Below the pieces are notes generated by a model. The model was not told the DNA's origin and did no database searches. It worked only from the letters and a program-made list of their open reading frames with translations. From Xanthobacteraceae bacterium (GTDB lineage Bacteria; Pseudomonadota; Alphaproteobacteria; Rhizobiales; Xanthobacteraceae): a DNA stretch of 64,000 bases. The position numbers were made by a program, and so were the translations under genes. Shown piece after piece: positions 48,193 through 56,900 of this stretch. The DNA lies in assembly GCA_035494115.1 (NCBI GenBank), contig DATJHH010000009.1, forward strand, positions 188,470-252,469, read 5' to 3'. Positions within the stretch are counted from its first letter, which is position 1, and every line of letters begins with the position of its first letter.

Positions 48193-49491
48193 TCAGCCGT
48201 CCATGGTTCTCATTAACGAAGCGATGTCGATCGTCGCAAAGTTGGAGAATGTATCCGAGACCGCGTAGGGCAGGATGATCTGATCGTTGTGCCGCATTGC
48301 GCCGCATGTATAGACGACGTTCGGGACGTATCCTTCGCGCTCCGAAGGATCAGGTCGAAGAAGGGGCTCTCGTGATCGCGCGAGAACTTTTGAGGGGTCA
48401 TTCTTGTCCAGTAGCGCAGCCCCAATCGAATATTTCCGAACCGGACCGACGCCATGGGTCAGCAACAGCCAGCCGCTATCCAGTTCGATCGGCGATCCGC
48501 AATTGCCAATTTGCACGAATTCCCACGGGAATTGAGGCTTTAGGATCGCCCGGCCGCCGTCCCAAGTGTACAGATCATCCGAATAGATGAGATAGAGATT
48601 TTCATTATCCTGTCTCGCGATCATGGCGTATTTGCCTTCGATCTTGCGAGGAAATAGAGCCATTCCCTTGTTTCGGGCAGCGCTACCGTTCATGGGCAGC
48701 ATTCGAAAAGATAGAAAATCCGACGTCTCGATCAATTCCGATCTTATCGCCCGGCCGCTGTATGCGGTGTAGGTCGCATAATAGGCCGTCCCTGCCCCAT
48801 CCCTGAACTGCACGAAACGCGCATCCTCGATTCCATTCGATTGCGCTTCGGTGACGGGAAAGATCACACGTTCGCTGATGTCTTCCTCCGGTCTGAAAAC
48901 AACTTCGACATCTTCACCGCTTGGGCCGGATATCCGGGTGCGAATCGTGGGACTGGATGCTAGGCGCGCTGTGGAGTCGACACTCACGCTACCGTCGACC
49001 GCGATCAGCCCCGAACGAAACGTCAAAGAAGACACGTGGCCTTCACCGACGGCGCGAAGACTCAGGACAAAGCGGACGCTTCCTTTTGGCGTCCCGGATT
49101 GGTTAGGGTGCGCCACGATACTTGGGTTGAACAAGGCCGAAGCTTCGAACGAATATTCATGCAGGAAGTAGGCGCCGACCAATTGACGCTGTATCGTCGT
49201 GAACGCTGTATGGGCCGCAAAAGCGTCCTCCATGTCATCGGCGCGTGCCTCGAAGGTCTGAAGCAGATTGCGATGGCGGCCTTGGAAGTTCTCGAGAACG
49301 TCTTCCAACTGGCTGGCGGCGGCGTCGGGATCAAGCGCCAGGACGCGATCGACGATATGGTTCGCTCGGGTTTTGTCCGTGGGATTAAGGTCGCGCGGCT
49401 CGGTTGCGGGTTTGAAAGGCCGCACGATGACGCGAGCGGGGTCGGGCCTCAGATAAAGGGCCTGGCGATTCAGGAACGGAAATTGTGACAA
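48193..49491 (-). CDS. GH130-family glycoside phosphorylase/hydrolase-like protein with a ~130-aa N-terminal extension
   Basis: 432 aa. NGIEDARFV, YYATYTAYSG, ARNKGMALFPRKI and YSIGAALLD..DP..V beta-propeller signatures of GH130. Confidence 0.8.
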   Translation of the reverse strand: MSQFPFLNRQALYLRPDPARVIVRPFKPATEPRDLNPTDKTRANHIVDRVLALDPDAAASQLEDVLENFQGRHRNLLQTFEARADDMEDAFAAHTAFTTIQRQLVGAYFLHEYSFEASALFNPSIVAHPNQSGTPKGSVRFVLSLRAVGEGHVSSLTFRSGLIAVDGSVSVDSTARLASSPTIRTRISGPSGEDVEVVFRPEEDISERVIFPVTEAQSNGIEDARFVQFRDGAGTAYYATYTAYSGRAIRSELIETSDFLSFRMLPMNGSAARNKGMALFPRKIEGKYAMIARQDNENLYLIYSDDLYTWDGGRAILKPQFPWEFVQIGNCGSPIELDSGWLLLTHGVGPVRKYSIGAALLDKNDPSKVLARSREPLLRPDPSEREGYVPNVVYTCGAMRHNDQIILPYAVSDTFSNFATIDIASLMRTMDG

Positions 49492-49534
49492 CGCGTCCTC
49501 GGATGTTTGGCGGGGATAATGACTGTTCGTGTCG

Positions 49535-51811
49535 CTAGGCGGCGCGGGGCGTGGTCCTCGGACGGCTTTCGCTCAGGCGTGCAATTTGCCGGATCTCGGA
49601 TAGACCGAGAAGATAAGATACGACAGACTCTCCCCCGCGGTTCTCGTTGGGACGATCGGGATGCAAACCATCACGGCAACTTCCGGTTTCCAAATCGATC
49701 AATGAGACGGACAAGTCATTGCTGCCGAGAAACCATGCGAATACCCGTGCAGCTTCAGCCTTCCACTCGACCTGGTGATCGGCGTGCCACGCCGCGAGAC
49801 AGGCCGAGATCGTCGCCGCCGCCTCAAGCGGTTGTTGATCGAACACCTGGAGTTGTCTGCTCGGCTTGCCAAATCCCTCGGTGCCGACCGGCCTGAATTG
49901 ACCCGCGCGGGTTGTTTGCTGGGTCACGAGCCATCGGAGCGATCTCACGCCGGTCTCGACATAGGCCGCTTTTTTGGTGGCAATGCCGGTCACGATCAGA
50001 GCCTGGGGCAATCGCGCGTTGTCGTAGGCCAGACTTTCCTCGAACCACACCCAGTCCTTGGATTCGACCACATCGAAAATGGAAATCAACCTGTCAGCAA
50101 GAAGAAGACGGAGTCGCGCAGCCTGAGAATTGTCCGGAACGGCGGCACAATAGGCATCCAGCCCCAGCAGCACGAATGCCCATGCGCGCGGGGAACGAAA
50201 CGTCTCGGCGGTTGGCATCGCTTCGGCGAAGAGAGAGGCGGCCCACGTTCGTCGAGACAAATTTGCATCGCTCAACGCGCAGACGCCCAAAGCCCACAAT
50301 GTCCGCCCGTGGCTATCCTCCGAGCCGCTATCTTCAAGCCAGCACCGATTGAATCCCATAAAATTCCGGAACCGGCGCGTGTCCGGATTCCAGGCGTGCT
50401 GAATAAATGCAGCGAACCGGGTCGTTAGCACCTCCGACAGTCGCTGCTCTCCGGGATTATTAAGCGCGCATGCCAGTAGCAACGCCCGAGCATTGTCATC
50501 GACGCAATAGCCGTGAGAACGATCCGGCACGCAATGAACTGCGTGCTGGAATAGGCCGGTGTCGTCACACATTGATAAGAAATGGCCGATCTCCATTTCC
50601 GGCGGAGCGCGGCTATCGCGCAGCAGCGTGCTTGTGTCCAGCCGGGCAACCGTCTTGAGTTGATGTCTTCGTTCAGCACTCTCAAACACCGACATGTAGC
50701 GCTCGGCCGTTCGCTCCCAGATCATGGAGCGGCTGCTCGAATAGGCCCGCTTTCGCATCGCCTGCCGCAGCGCATCGTTGGTCAGCAATTTCGCAATTTC
50801 ATTTCCGATTGCAAGAGCGTCGCCAAACGTAACCAGAATGCCGCGGCCGTCCGCCAGCAATTCGCGTGCATGCCAGTATGGCGTCGAAACAACGGCTTTC
50901 CCCAGCCCAAAGCTGTAAGCCAAGGTGCCGGATGTCATCTGGGCTTCATTGAGATAGGGCGTGACATAGACGTCGCTCATTGAGATGAAATCGAGCAGCA
51001 TCTTTTGATCGACAAATTGATCGAGAAACACCACATGCTTCTCGACCCCAAGTTCGCGCGCGCGCGCCATGAGAGATTCGCGATAAACCTCGCCCTGATC
51101 CCGCAAAAGATTGGGATGTGTCGCGCCGAGAACGACGTAGATCGCGTCTGGCCGGCTTTTTAAAATCAACGGCATGGCGTCGATCATGACTTCGATGCCC
51201 TTATTGGGCGAGAGAAGGCCGAACGTTAAAATGACGGCCTTGTCACTGAAGCCAAGCTTGGCCTTGGCATCGGCCGGTTCGACGAATGCAAATTCGGGGA
51301 TGCCGTGCGGGATGACTTCGATCTTTTCGTCGGGCACTTGATACAGCAGTCGCAACAGCTCACGGCCCTTTTCGGCCATAACCACAATTTTCGACGAGGC
51401 CGCGACGATGCGAGCGAGGACGTCGCGCTGCGCCTTCGTAGGCTCGGATAGAACCGTGTGAAGCGTTGTTACGATCGGCATGTTGAGGCGCGAGAGCAAC
51501 TCCATGAGGTGCTCACCGGCCTCGCCACCGAAAATGCCGAATTCGTGCTGCAGGCAAACGACCTCGCATCGGCCGTTATTAAGGAATTCAGCCGCGCGGA
51601 CATAATCCTCAATGCGACTGTCGTTGATTTGGAAGCCAACGGAAGGGGGATAATCGTAAGCCTGGCCATGGTCGGTCATGGCAACGATGACGGTTTCCAG
51701 ATCCGCGCGCGAGGCTGCCACTGCGTGCTGCAGATCGGTGGTGAACGTTGCGATCCCGCATCGGCGGGGCAGGGAATTTCCGATGAATGCTACACGGCTG
51801 AGCGCGGTCAC
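49535..51811 (-). CDS. GT4 glycosyltransferase fused to a ~370-aa C-terminal alpha/alpha-toroid-like domain
   Basis: GTG at 51811 follows AGGAGG with a 7-nt spacer and overlaps the PMI stop (GTGA). N-half has the GT-B E-x7-E context (NEAQMTSGTLAYSFGLGKAVVSTP). C-half has DDNARALL / YDNARLPQAL / GESVVSYLL. Confidence 0.8.
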   Translation of the reverse strand: MTALSRVAFIGNSLPRRCGIATFTTDLQHAVAASRADLETVIVAMTDHGQAYDYPPSVGFQINDSRIEDYVRAAEFLNNGRCEVVCLQHEFGIFGGEAGEHLMELLSRLNMPIVTTLHTVLSEPTKAQRDVLARIVAASSKIVVMAEKGRELLRLLYQVPDEKIEVIPHGIPEFAFVEPADAKAKLGFSDKAVILTFGLLSPNKGIEVMIDAMPLILKSRPDAIYVVLGATHPNLLRDQGEVYRESLMARARELGVEKHVVFLDQFVDQKMLLDFISMSDVYVTPYLNEAQMTSGTLAYSFGLGKAVVSTPYWHARELLADGRGILVTFGDALAIGNEIAKLLTNDALRQAMRKRAYSSSRSMIWERTAERYMSVFESAERRHQLKTVARLDTSTLLRDSRAPPEMEIGHFLSMCDDTGLFQHAVHCVPDRSHGYCVDDNARALLLACALNNPGEQRLSEVLTTRFAAFIQHAWNPDTRRFRNFMGFNRCWLEDSGSEDSHGRTLWALGVCALSDANLSRRTWAASLFAEAMPTAETFRSPRAWAFVLLGLDAYCAAVPDNSQAARLRLLLADRLISIFDVVESKDWVWFEESLAYDNARLPQALIVTGIATKKAAYVETGVRSLRWLVTQQTTRAGQFRPVGTEGFGKPSRQLQVFDQQPLEAAATISACLAAWHADHQVEWKAEAARVFAWFLGSNDLSVSLIDLETGSCRDGLHPDRPNENRGGESVVSYLLGLSEIRQIARLSESRPRTTPRAA

Positions 51812-52767
51812 GTTCGCGCCTCCTTTCTTTTGAGCAGCAGTTGCCCAGATGCAATTGGTGGGAGCGGCGCGCATGAAGAAGCTTGGCTAGCGACATCGAT
51901 GCTTGTGCCGCGCTGTTCTTCGAGCCGACCTGTGTCCAGATTCGGCCCCAAATAGACCAGCAGCGCCTTCATGCCGTTGGGGCCAACCTCAATCCCGGCG
52001 CGATCCGTGTCCAAGAAGATGGCATCTCCGAGAGATGCGCGCGTCAGACCGATAGCGGCGTCGCCACTCAGGACCAGGATCCAGGTTTCTTTCTTCGCCT
52101 CGATCGCCCAATTTGAATGGGGAGACAGATCAATTTTCTCGAGCACGAAATGAGGGCTGACGACGAGTGCAGTTCTCGCTTCGGTCAGTTTTTCAGGCTC
52201 GGGCTGTAGCGGAGCCGGCGTTGCATGCGCGGCGGCCACAGCGTTATCCGCGTGCAATCCCCGTTGTCGTCCATAGTCGAAGAGGCGAAAGGTAACGTCG
52301 CTTCGCTGTTGGATTTCCGCCAGAACGATGCCGGGACCGATCGCATGAATTGTACCGGCAGGCACAAAGATAACGTCGTCGGTGCGGACCGGGCGCCATT
52401 GCACCATATCGACAATCGAGCCGTCTCCAATCGAAGCCCGCAACGCCGTGGATGACAGCGGATATTTTAAACCGACCGCAACCTGAGCGTTGGGTACAGC
52501 GGAAAGAATGTACCACGCCTCAGATTTGCCATTTGGCAGGCCGATCGCCTGCGCGAACGCGTCGTCCGGATGAACCTGAATGGATAGCGGTTCGGTTGTG
52601 AACAGCAGTTTGAGCAGGAGCGCAGACTCCGGGACAGCCGCGGCCGGCCGCTGAAACCAAACTTCGCCAATCGCGCCGTCGTCCGTAGATGCCCTGCTCC
52701 AGGGCAGAAGATGAGTGCTCCCCCAGGGCTTGCGTTTCATTTCCTTAACGGATCGTTCAATTGTCAT
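51808..52767 (-). CDS. Class I mannose-6-phosphate isomerase
   Basis: Start at MTIERSV (52767). LSIQVHPDD, KSEAWYIL and PAGTIHAIGPG zinc/cupin motifs. Confidence 0.8.
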   Translation of the reverse strand: MTIERSVKEMKRKPWGSTHLLPWSRASTDDGAIGEVWFQRPAAAVPESALLLKLLFTTEPLSIQVHPDDAFAQAIGLPNGKSEAWYILSAVPNAQVAVGLKYPLSSTALRASIGDGSIVDMVQWRPVRTDDVIFVPAGTIHAIGPGIVLAEIQQRSDVTFRLFDYGRQRGLHADNAVAAAHATPAPLQPEPEKLTEARTALVVSPHFVLEKIDLSPHSNWAIEAKKETWILVLSGDAAIGLTRASLGDAIFLDTDRAGIEVGPNGMKALLVYLGPNLDTGRLEEQRGTSIDVASQASSCAPLPPIASGQLLLKRKEART

Positions 52768-52909
52768 GACGGCTTTCTGAGCATTTAGCGCGCAGCCGGG
52801 CGAAGTGAGACTCGTCCGCTGGCCTCTTTGCTCTCGGTTCCACAATCGCGTTGCAAGTGTCGGTAGCGATTTGGCGCGGTGTCATTTCAGCGTCGCGGGA
52901 CGGGACAGC

Positions 52910-53215
52910 TTATTTACGGAAATCAATGCCGCGCAGGATGATCCCCGGAGGCGTGCCCTCAAGTTCGGCGTCCTGAAATTTTCGAATCGCTTGCTCTGCG
53001 ATTCGGTCTCTTAATCTCATGAACTGATGCTCGCGCTGAGCCGGCGGGGTTCCGCTGGATCCTTCCAGATGATCCATGGCATCTGTACTAATCGCGCACG
53101 AAATCTTCGCTTCATCATTCATCATCGTGAACAGGACGACCATTCGATTGAATTCGTAAGCCTGAAATTCACATTGCATGAGAGCCATTTCGTAAATCCA
53201 TCCGTCTGGGTGCAC
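52910..53215 (-). CDS. DUF1488-like protein
   Basis: 101 aa. ...VVLFTMMNDEAKISCAISTDAMDHL... pattern. Family assignment is from memory. Confidence 0.45.
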   Translation of the reverse strand: MHPDGWIYEMALMQCEFQAYEFNRMVVLFTMMNDEAKISCAISTDAMDHLEGSSGTPPAQREHQFMRLRDRIAEQAIRKFQDAELEGTPPGIILRGIDFRK

Positions 53216-53620
53216 TCAGTGAGAAATAGCGGTGTGCTATTTGGCGTGCACATGCGGGCTGCAAATCCCATGGGCCCTGCTGTGGGGTGCCTGTTTAAGT
53301 TAGAGCGGTGTTAGAAAGATTCGAGAACGGGAACGTCCGCATGCTGCGGAAAATGTCGTATTCGAATTTTCTATAGACTAGCTGTCGAAGCAATGCGGAA
53401 AGGGTGGACCTCTGCGCCTCGGATAAGCGTGAGGTCAGCCTGCGCCTTTTCAGATCAATTAGCCATGGCTGTCTTCGATACGAAGCGGTCTGCCGCATCA
53501 CAAACGAAACCCAGCAGCTTTGTTGCCGACCGGCCCGGTTATTGTTGACGATCCATCGAGTTCACATCAGGCCGTTTCAAAGATCCCGTTGCGTTTTGGA
53601 GATCTCAAATCGGTCTGTTG

Positions 53621-53830
53621 TCAAACTGCGCGAAGATTTTCGGCGCTTGTCTTACCGCGCATGGGGTCCGCCGTAGCTTCGAATGAGAGTTTCTGGCCTT
53701 CATTGAGAGAGCCCATGCCTGCTCGTTCTACGGCGCTGATATGAACGAATACATCGGTGCCGCCATCATCAGGCTGAATAGAGCCAAAGCCTTTTGTCGC
53801 GTTGAACCATTTAACTGTTCCGGTCGTCAT
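53621..53830 (-). CDS. cspA: Cold-shock protein (CspA family)
   Basis: [34 protein letters not shown] carries the RNP1/RNP2 motifs. 69 aa from the ATG at 53830. Confidence 0.9.
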   Translation of the reverse strand: MTTGTVKWFNATKGFGSIQPDDGGTDVFVHISAVERAGMGSLNEGQKLSFEATADPMRGKTSAENLRAV

Positions 53831-54149
53831 GTACCCTCTCCAAGAGGTTAATCGCGCTTTGTTCGCACGATCTTCGTGCAAACGTAATCCGATCTCGACA
53901 TGTCTTGCGGATGAACCAATTGCGGCACGGTCAACCAGGCAGACCGATGATACGCATAAAACTTACATATGCTATTTAAGGAGGCTTACAATGCCTCTGC
54001 TACTTGAAATTCTTTGAGGGAGAGCTAGCTATATTGCGCGACTTAACGCGGTTCGGCGCGGGGAAGATAACGTCCGGACGTATCGAAAAAAGTTGGATCT
54101 ACTTCAGAAATATTGAGAACAACGCGAGCCCGATGAATCGCACCTCATT

Positions 54150-54598
54150 ACGCTCCGCGCTGGGACGCGCCATCGGCTTGGCTTGGCCAAACGCGGCTCG
54201 CAGCACTGAGTGGCGGAACGGGTAACGGCGTCGCGCTGGTGCCGCTGGGGTTGTGGTTCGTGACGTCGATCATTGCGCATGCGAGGAGGGCCATCGCCTT
54301 CCTGCTAGGTGCGGCGATGAGCCGCGCCCAATCTGCTTTAACAGCAATATCGCGCAACTGCCCGTCCGCGAAAAAACTGAGTGTCCGCACGGTGGTGGAC
54401 GGAGAGACTAGAACCACGGTAGAAACGCTCCCAAGGCTCCCTTTCGGTCAAAGCTGAAGGCCGCTGCACGTATGTTCTGATGAGGCAGGGTGGTCTACGA
54501 GCCGGCGGCGCTGGTAGAGGTCGCCGCGCCTGTTGCCGCAGATCATTGACCACCTTGGACCCGATCAGGCCGGTACCGCCGACAACGACGATCTTCAT
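54150..54598 (-). pseudogene. Decayed NmrA/SDR-like NAD(P)-binding oxidoreductase
   Basis: An intact Rossmann start MKIVVVGGTGLIGSKVVNDLRQ is followed at once by non-homologous Pro/Arg-rich sequence. A ..TQFF.. remnant appears later. No long ORF remains. Confidence 0.4.
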
Positions 54599-54714
54599 GA
54601 TGTCACCTCCGTTGACCGTTTCTGAAAAACAATGACGCCATCGCGTCGGCTCAATCAGTGCAGTGATCCGCTGGCGTTATTTGCCTCGCGTGCCATGCGT
54701 ATTATGGCGCGGCG

Positions 54715-55611
54715 CTAGACGCGCGGCTTGGTGCGCTCCAGCGCTTCAATGAACGATTTCGCATCTGTCGAGAGCACGTCGTTGTCGCGCCAAATCACTC
54801 CGATGGGCCGTGACATCAACGGTGAGTGCAACTCGATGAAGCCGAGCGTGCCGGCGACGACCTCGGGATCTACGCCGAGCCTCGTCATGATAGTGATGTG
54901 ATCGCTACAACCGATGATGCCCTTAAGAATCGTTGGCGCACGTGACTGGATTGTCGCAGGAGGCAGCGTCAAGCCTGCCTCCTCGAAATAGCGCTCGATC
55001 CGGCGATGGTGCCACGTCCGGCTTTCGGAATGCACCCATTCGTATTGCATCAAATCTCGTGGCGTAACGCGTCGCTTTTTCAGGAGCGGATGATCGGTGC
55101 GGCAAGCAAGGACGAGGCGATCATTGAAAAGAAAATGCTGCGTCAGTCCTTTGACGGCGATGCTGTCTTCGATCACCGTGATGACAAGATCGTACTTCCC
55201 GTTGGCTAAACCTTCGATAAGGCCATCATTTTGTGCAACAATCCGAACGTGGGAGGCGGGACGCTTCTTGTTGAAGACCACAACGGCGGCCGGAAACAGT
55301 TGCGAGGCCAATAGCGGTGCGGCAGCGATAGTCAGGCGTGCGCCTGTCCCTTTTCGCAGCGTTTCAATCTGCCGTGCTGCTTGCCCGAGAGAAAGCATTG
55401 CGGTCTGCGCGTAGGGTCGCAGGATTTCACCGAATTCAGTCAGCGTCATGCCCCTGGCGTCGCGGCGAAAGAGTTTCACGCCGTAAGTCTCTTCAAGGCG
55501 CTGGATGCTTTTGGTGAGGGCTGGCTGGGACAGCCCGAGCCGCGCCGCCGCCTTGTTCAGGCTTCGGGTTTCGACGATCGTCAGCAGCGCTTGGATTTGA
55601 CGCAAGTCCAC
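54715..55611 (-). CDS. LysR-family transcriptional regulator
   Basis: GTG at 55611. VDLRQIQALLTIVETRSLNKAAARLGLSQPALTKSIQRLEE wHTH. 298 aa. Divergent from the TctC-UbiD operon. Confidence 0.85.
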   Translation of the reverse strand: MDLRQIQALLTIVETRSLNKAAARLGLSQPALTKSIQRLEETYGVKLFRRDARGMTLTEFGEILRPYAQTAMLSLGQAARQIETLRKGTGARLTIAAAPLLASQLFPAAVVVFNKKRPASHVRIVAQNDGLIEGLANGKYDLVITVIEDSIAVKGLTQHFLFNDRLVLACRTDHPLLKKRRVTPRDLMQYEWVHSESRTWHHRRIERYFEEAGLTLPPATIQSRAPTILKGIIGCSDHITIMTRLGVDPEVVAGTLGFIELHSPLMSRPIGVIWRDNDVLSTDAKSFIEALERTKPRV

Positions 55612-55621
55612 GCAATTACCC

Positions 55622-55640
55622 CTATAACTCCCGGTTATAG
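55622..55640. promoter_or_regulatory. Candidate LysR-type regulator binding site
   Basis: Perfect 7-bp inverted repeat CTATAAC-TCCCG-GTTATAG, 11 bp upstream of the LysR start in the divergent intergenic region. Confidence 0.5.
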
Positions 55641-55713
55641 CCTTCGGACATTTATATATTAGCGATCCCGGCCTCCTTCGCGCAATGTTGAAAAAAATGA
55701 GGAGGTCTCGCCC

Positions 55714-56844
55714 ATGTTTTGTCTGCCCGCGTTTCCCACGGCCGCATTGGTTCCGCGACTCCGCTGCGGCTGGATGAGGTGCGATGGAATCGCGCGCGGG
55801 GTAAAACGGGCGCAAGGAGTCTTGCTTGCCGTTTTCTTGGCGGCCGTTTCGGTGAGCGTCGACCACGCTCATGCGGAAAACAGCGTGCAGGACTTTTACG
55901 CCAAGCACCAAATCCGTTTCGTGATTGGGTCTGCTGGCGGCGGTGGATACGATTTTTACAGCCGTCTCGTCGGCCGCTACATGACCAAGCATTTGCCGGG
56001 TCATCCCACTCTGGTGATGCAGAACATGCCGGGTGCGGCCGGCGTTACTGCAGCGAATTATCTCTACAATGTTGCGCAGCACGACGGTTCTGAGATCGGC
56101 ATGGTGGGCCGCGCGGTCGGCACTTTGCCGTTGCTGGATCCCAAGGCGAAGGGACCACGCTACGTCGCCACGAAATTAAATTGGATCGGTTCGCCGCAAC
56201 AGGAGGATGGGTTGGTTTTGGCCCGGACCAGCACGAACATTAAGACGCTGGACGATCTCAAGACACGCCAGCTTCTCGTGAGCGGCACGTCGAAAGGATC
56301 GCCCCCTTCGTTTTATCCGAACCTGTTCAATGCGCTGTTCGGCACGAAATTCAAAGTGATCGAAGGGTATAAGGGTTCACAGGCTGCGCTACTCGCCTTG
56401 GAGCGCGGTGAGGTCGAGGGCCATGTTTCGGGAAGCTCGGCGGCGCCGTTTCGCGCCCGCATCGCGTCATGGATCAAGGATGGCAGCGTCGGGATCGTTG
56501 CCCAGATCGCGCTCAAGAAGGACCCCGAATATCCCGATGTCCCGCTCATCCTCGATCTCGCAAAGACCGAGCAGCAACGAGACATCATGAAGCTTGTCCT
56601 GACGCAGCAGGTCATGGCTTGGCCGATCGTGGCGCCGCCGGATGTTCCGGCCGAACGCGTGGCGGCTCTGCGCAACGCGTTCGATGCGGTTATGAAGGAT
56701 CCCGAATTCCTCGCCGAAGCAAAAAAGCAGAATCTCGTCATCGATCCAGTGAGGGGGACCGAGATCGCGAAGCTTCTCGAGCACGCCTACGGAGCGCCAA
56801 AAGACATCATCAATCCGATCAGAAAGGTTGCAGAAGAAGACTGA
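55714..56844 (+). CDS. Bug/TctC-family substrate-binding protein
   Basis: DFYAKH...GGGYD...NMPGAAGV..ANYLY subfamily signature. The start may instead be the ATG at 55774 (MRCDG...), which precedes the signal peptide. Confidence 0.75.
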   Translation: MFCLPAFPTAALVPRLRCGWMRCDGIARGVKRAQGVLLAVFLAAVSVSVDHAHAENSVQDFYAKHQIRFVIGSAGGGGYDFYSRLVGRYMTKHLPGHPTLVMQNMPGAAGVTAANYLYNVAQHDGSEIGMVGRAVGTLPLLDPKAKGPRYVATKLNWIGSPQQEDGLVLARTSTNIKTLDDLKTRQLLVSGTSKGSPPSFYPNLFNALFGTKFKVIEGYKGSQAALLALERGEVEGHVSGSSAAPFRARIASWIKDGSVGIVAQIALKKDPEYPDVPLILDLAKTEQQRDIMKLVLTQQVMAWPIVAPPDVPAERVAALRNAFDAVMKDPEFLAEAKKQNLVIDPVRGTEIAKLLEHAYGAPKDIINPIRKVAEED

Positions 56845-56900
56845 GTTCTATCGGAAAATCGTCGAACGATGCGCGTAGCTACTTAGTCTCGAATTTCAGA

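Noticed and set aside
56469-56900. N-terminal 144-codon extension of the UbiD ORF overlapping the TctC gene end
   Set aside because: The extension is Arg/Ser-rich, overlaps the TctC coding region in another frame, and UbiD homology starts only after the ATG at 56901/56913.
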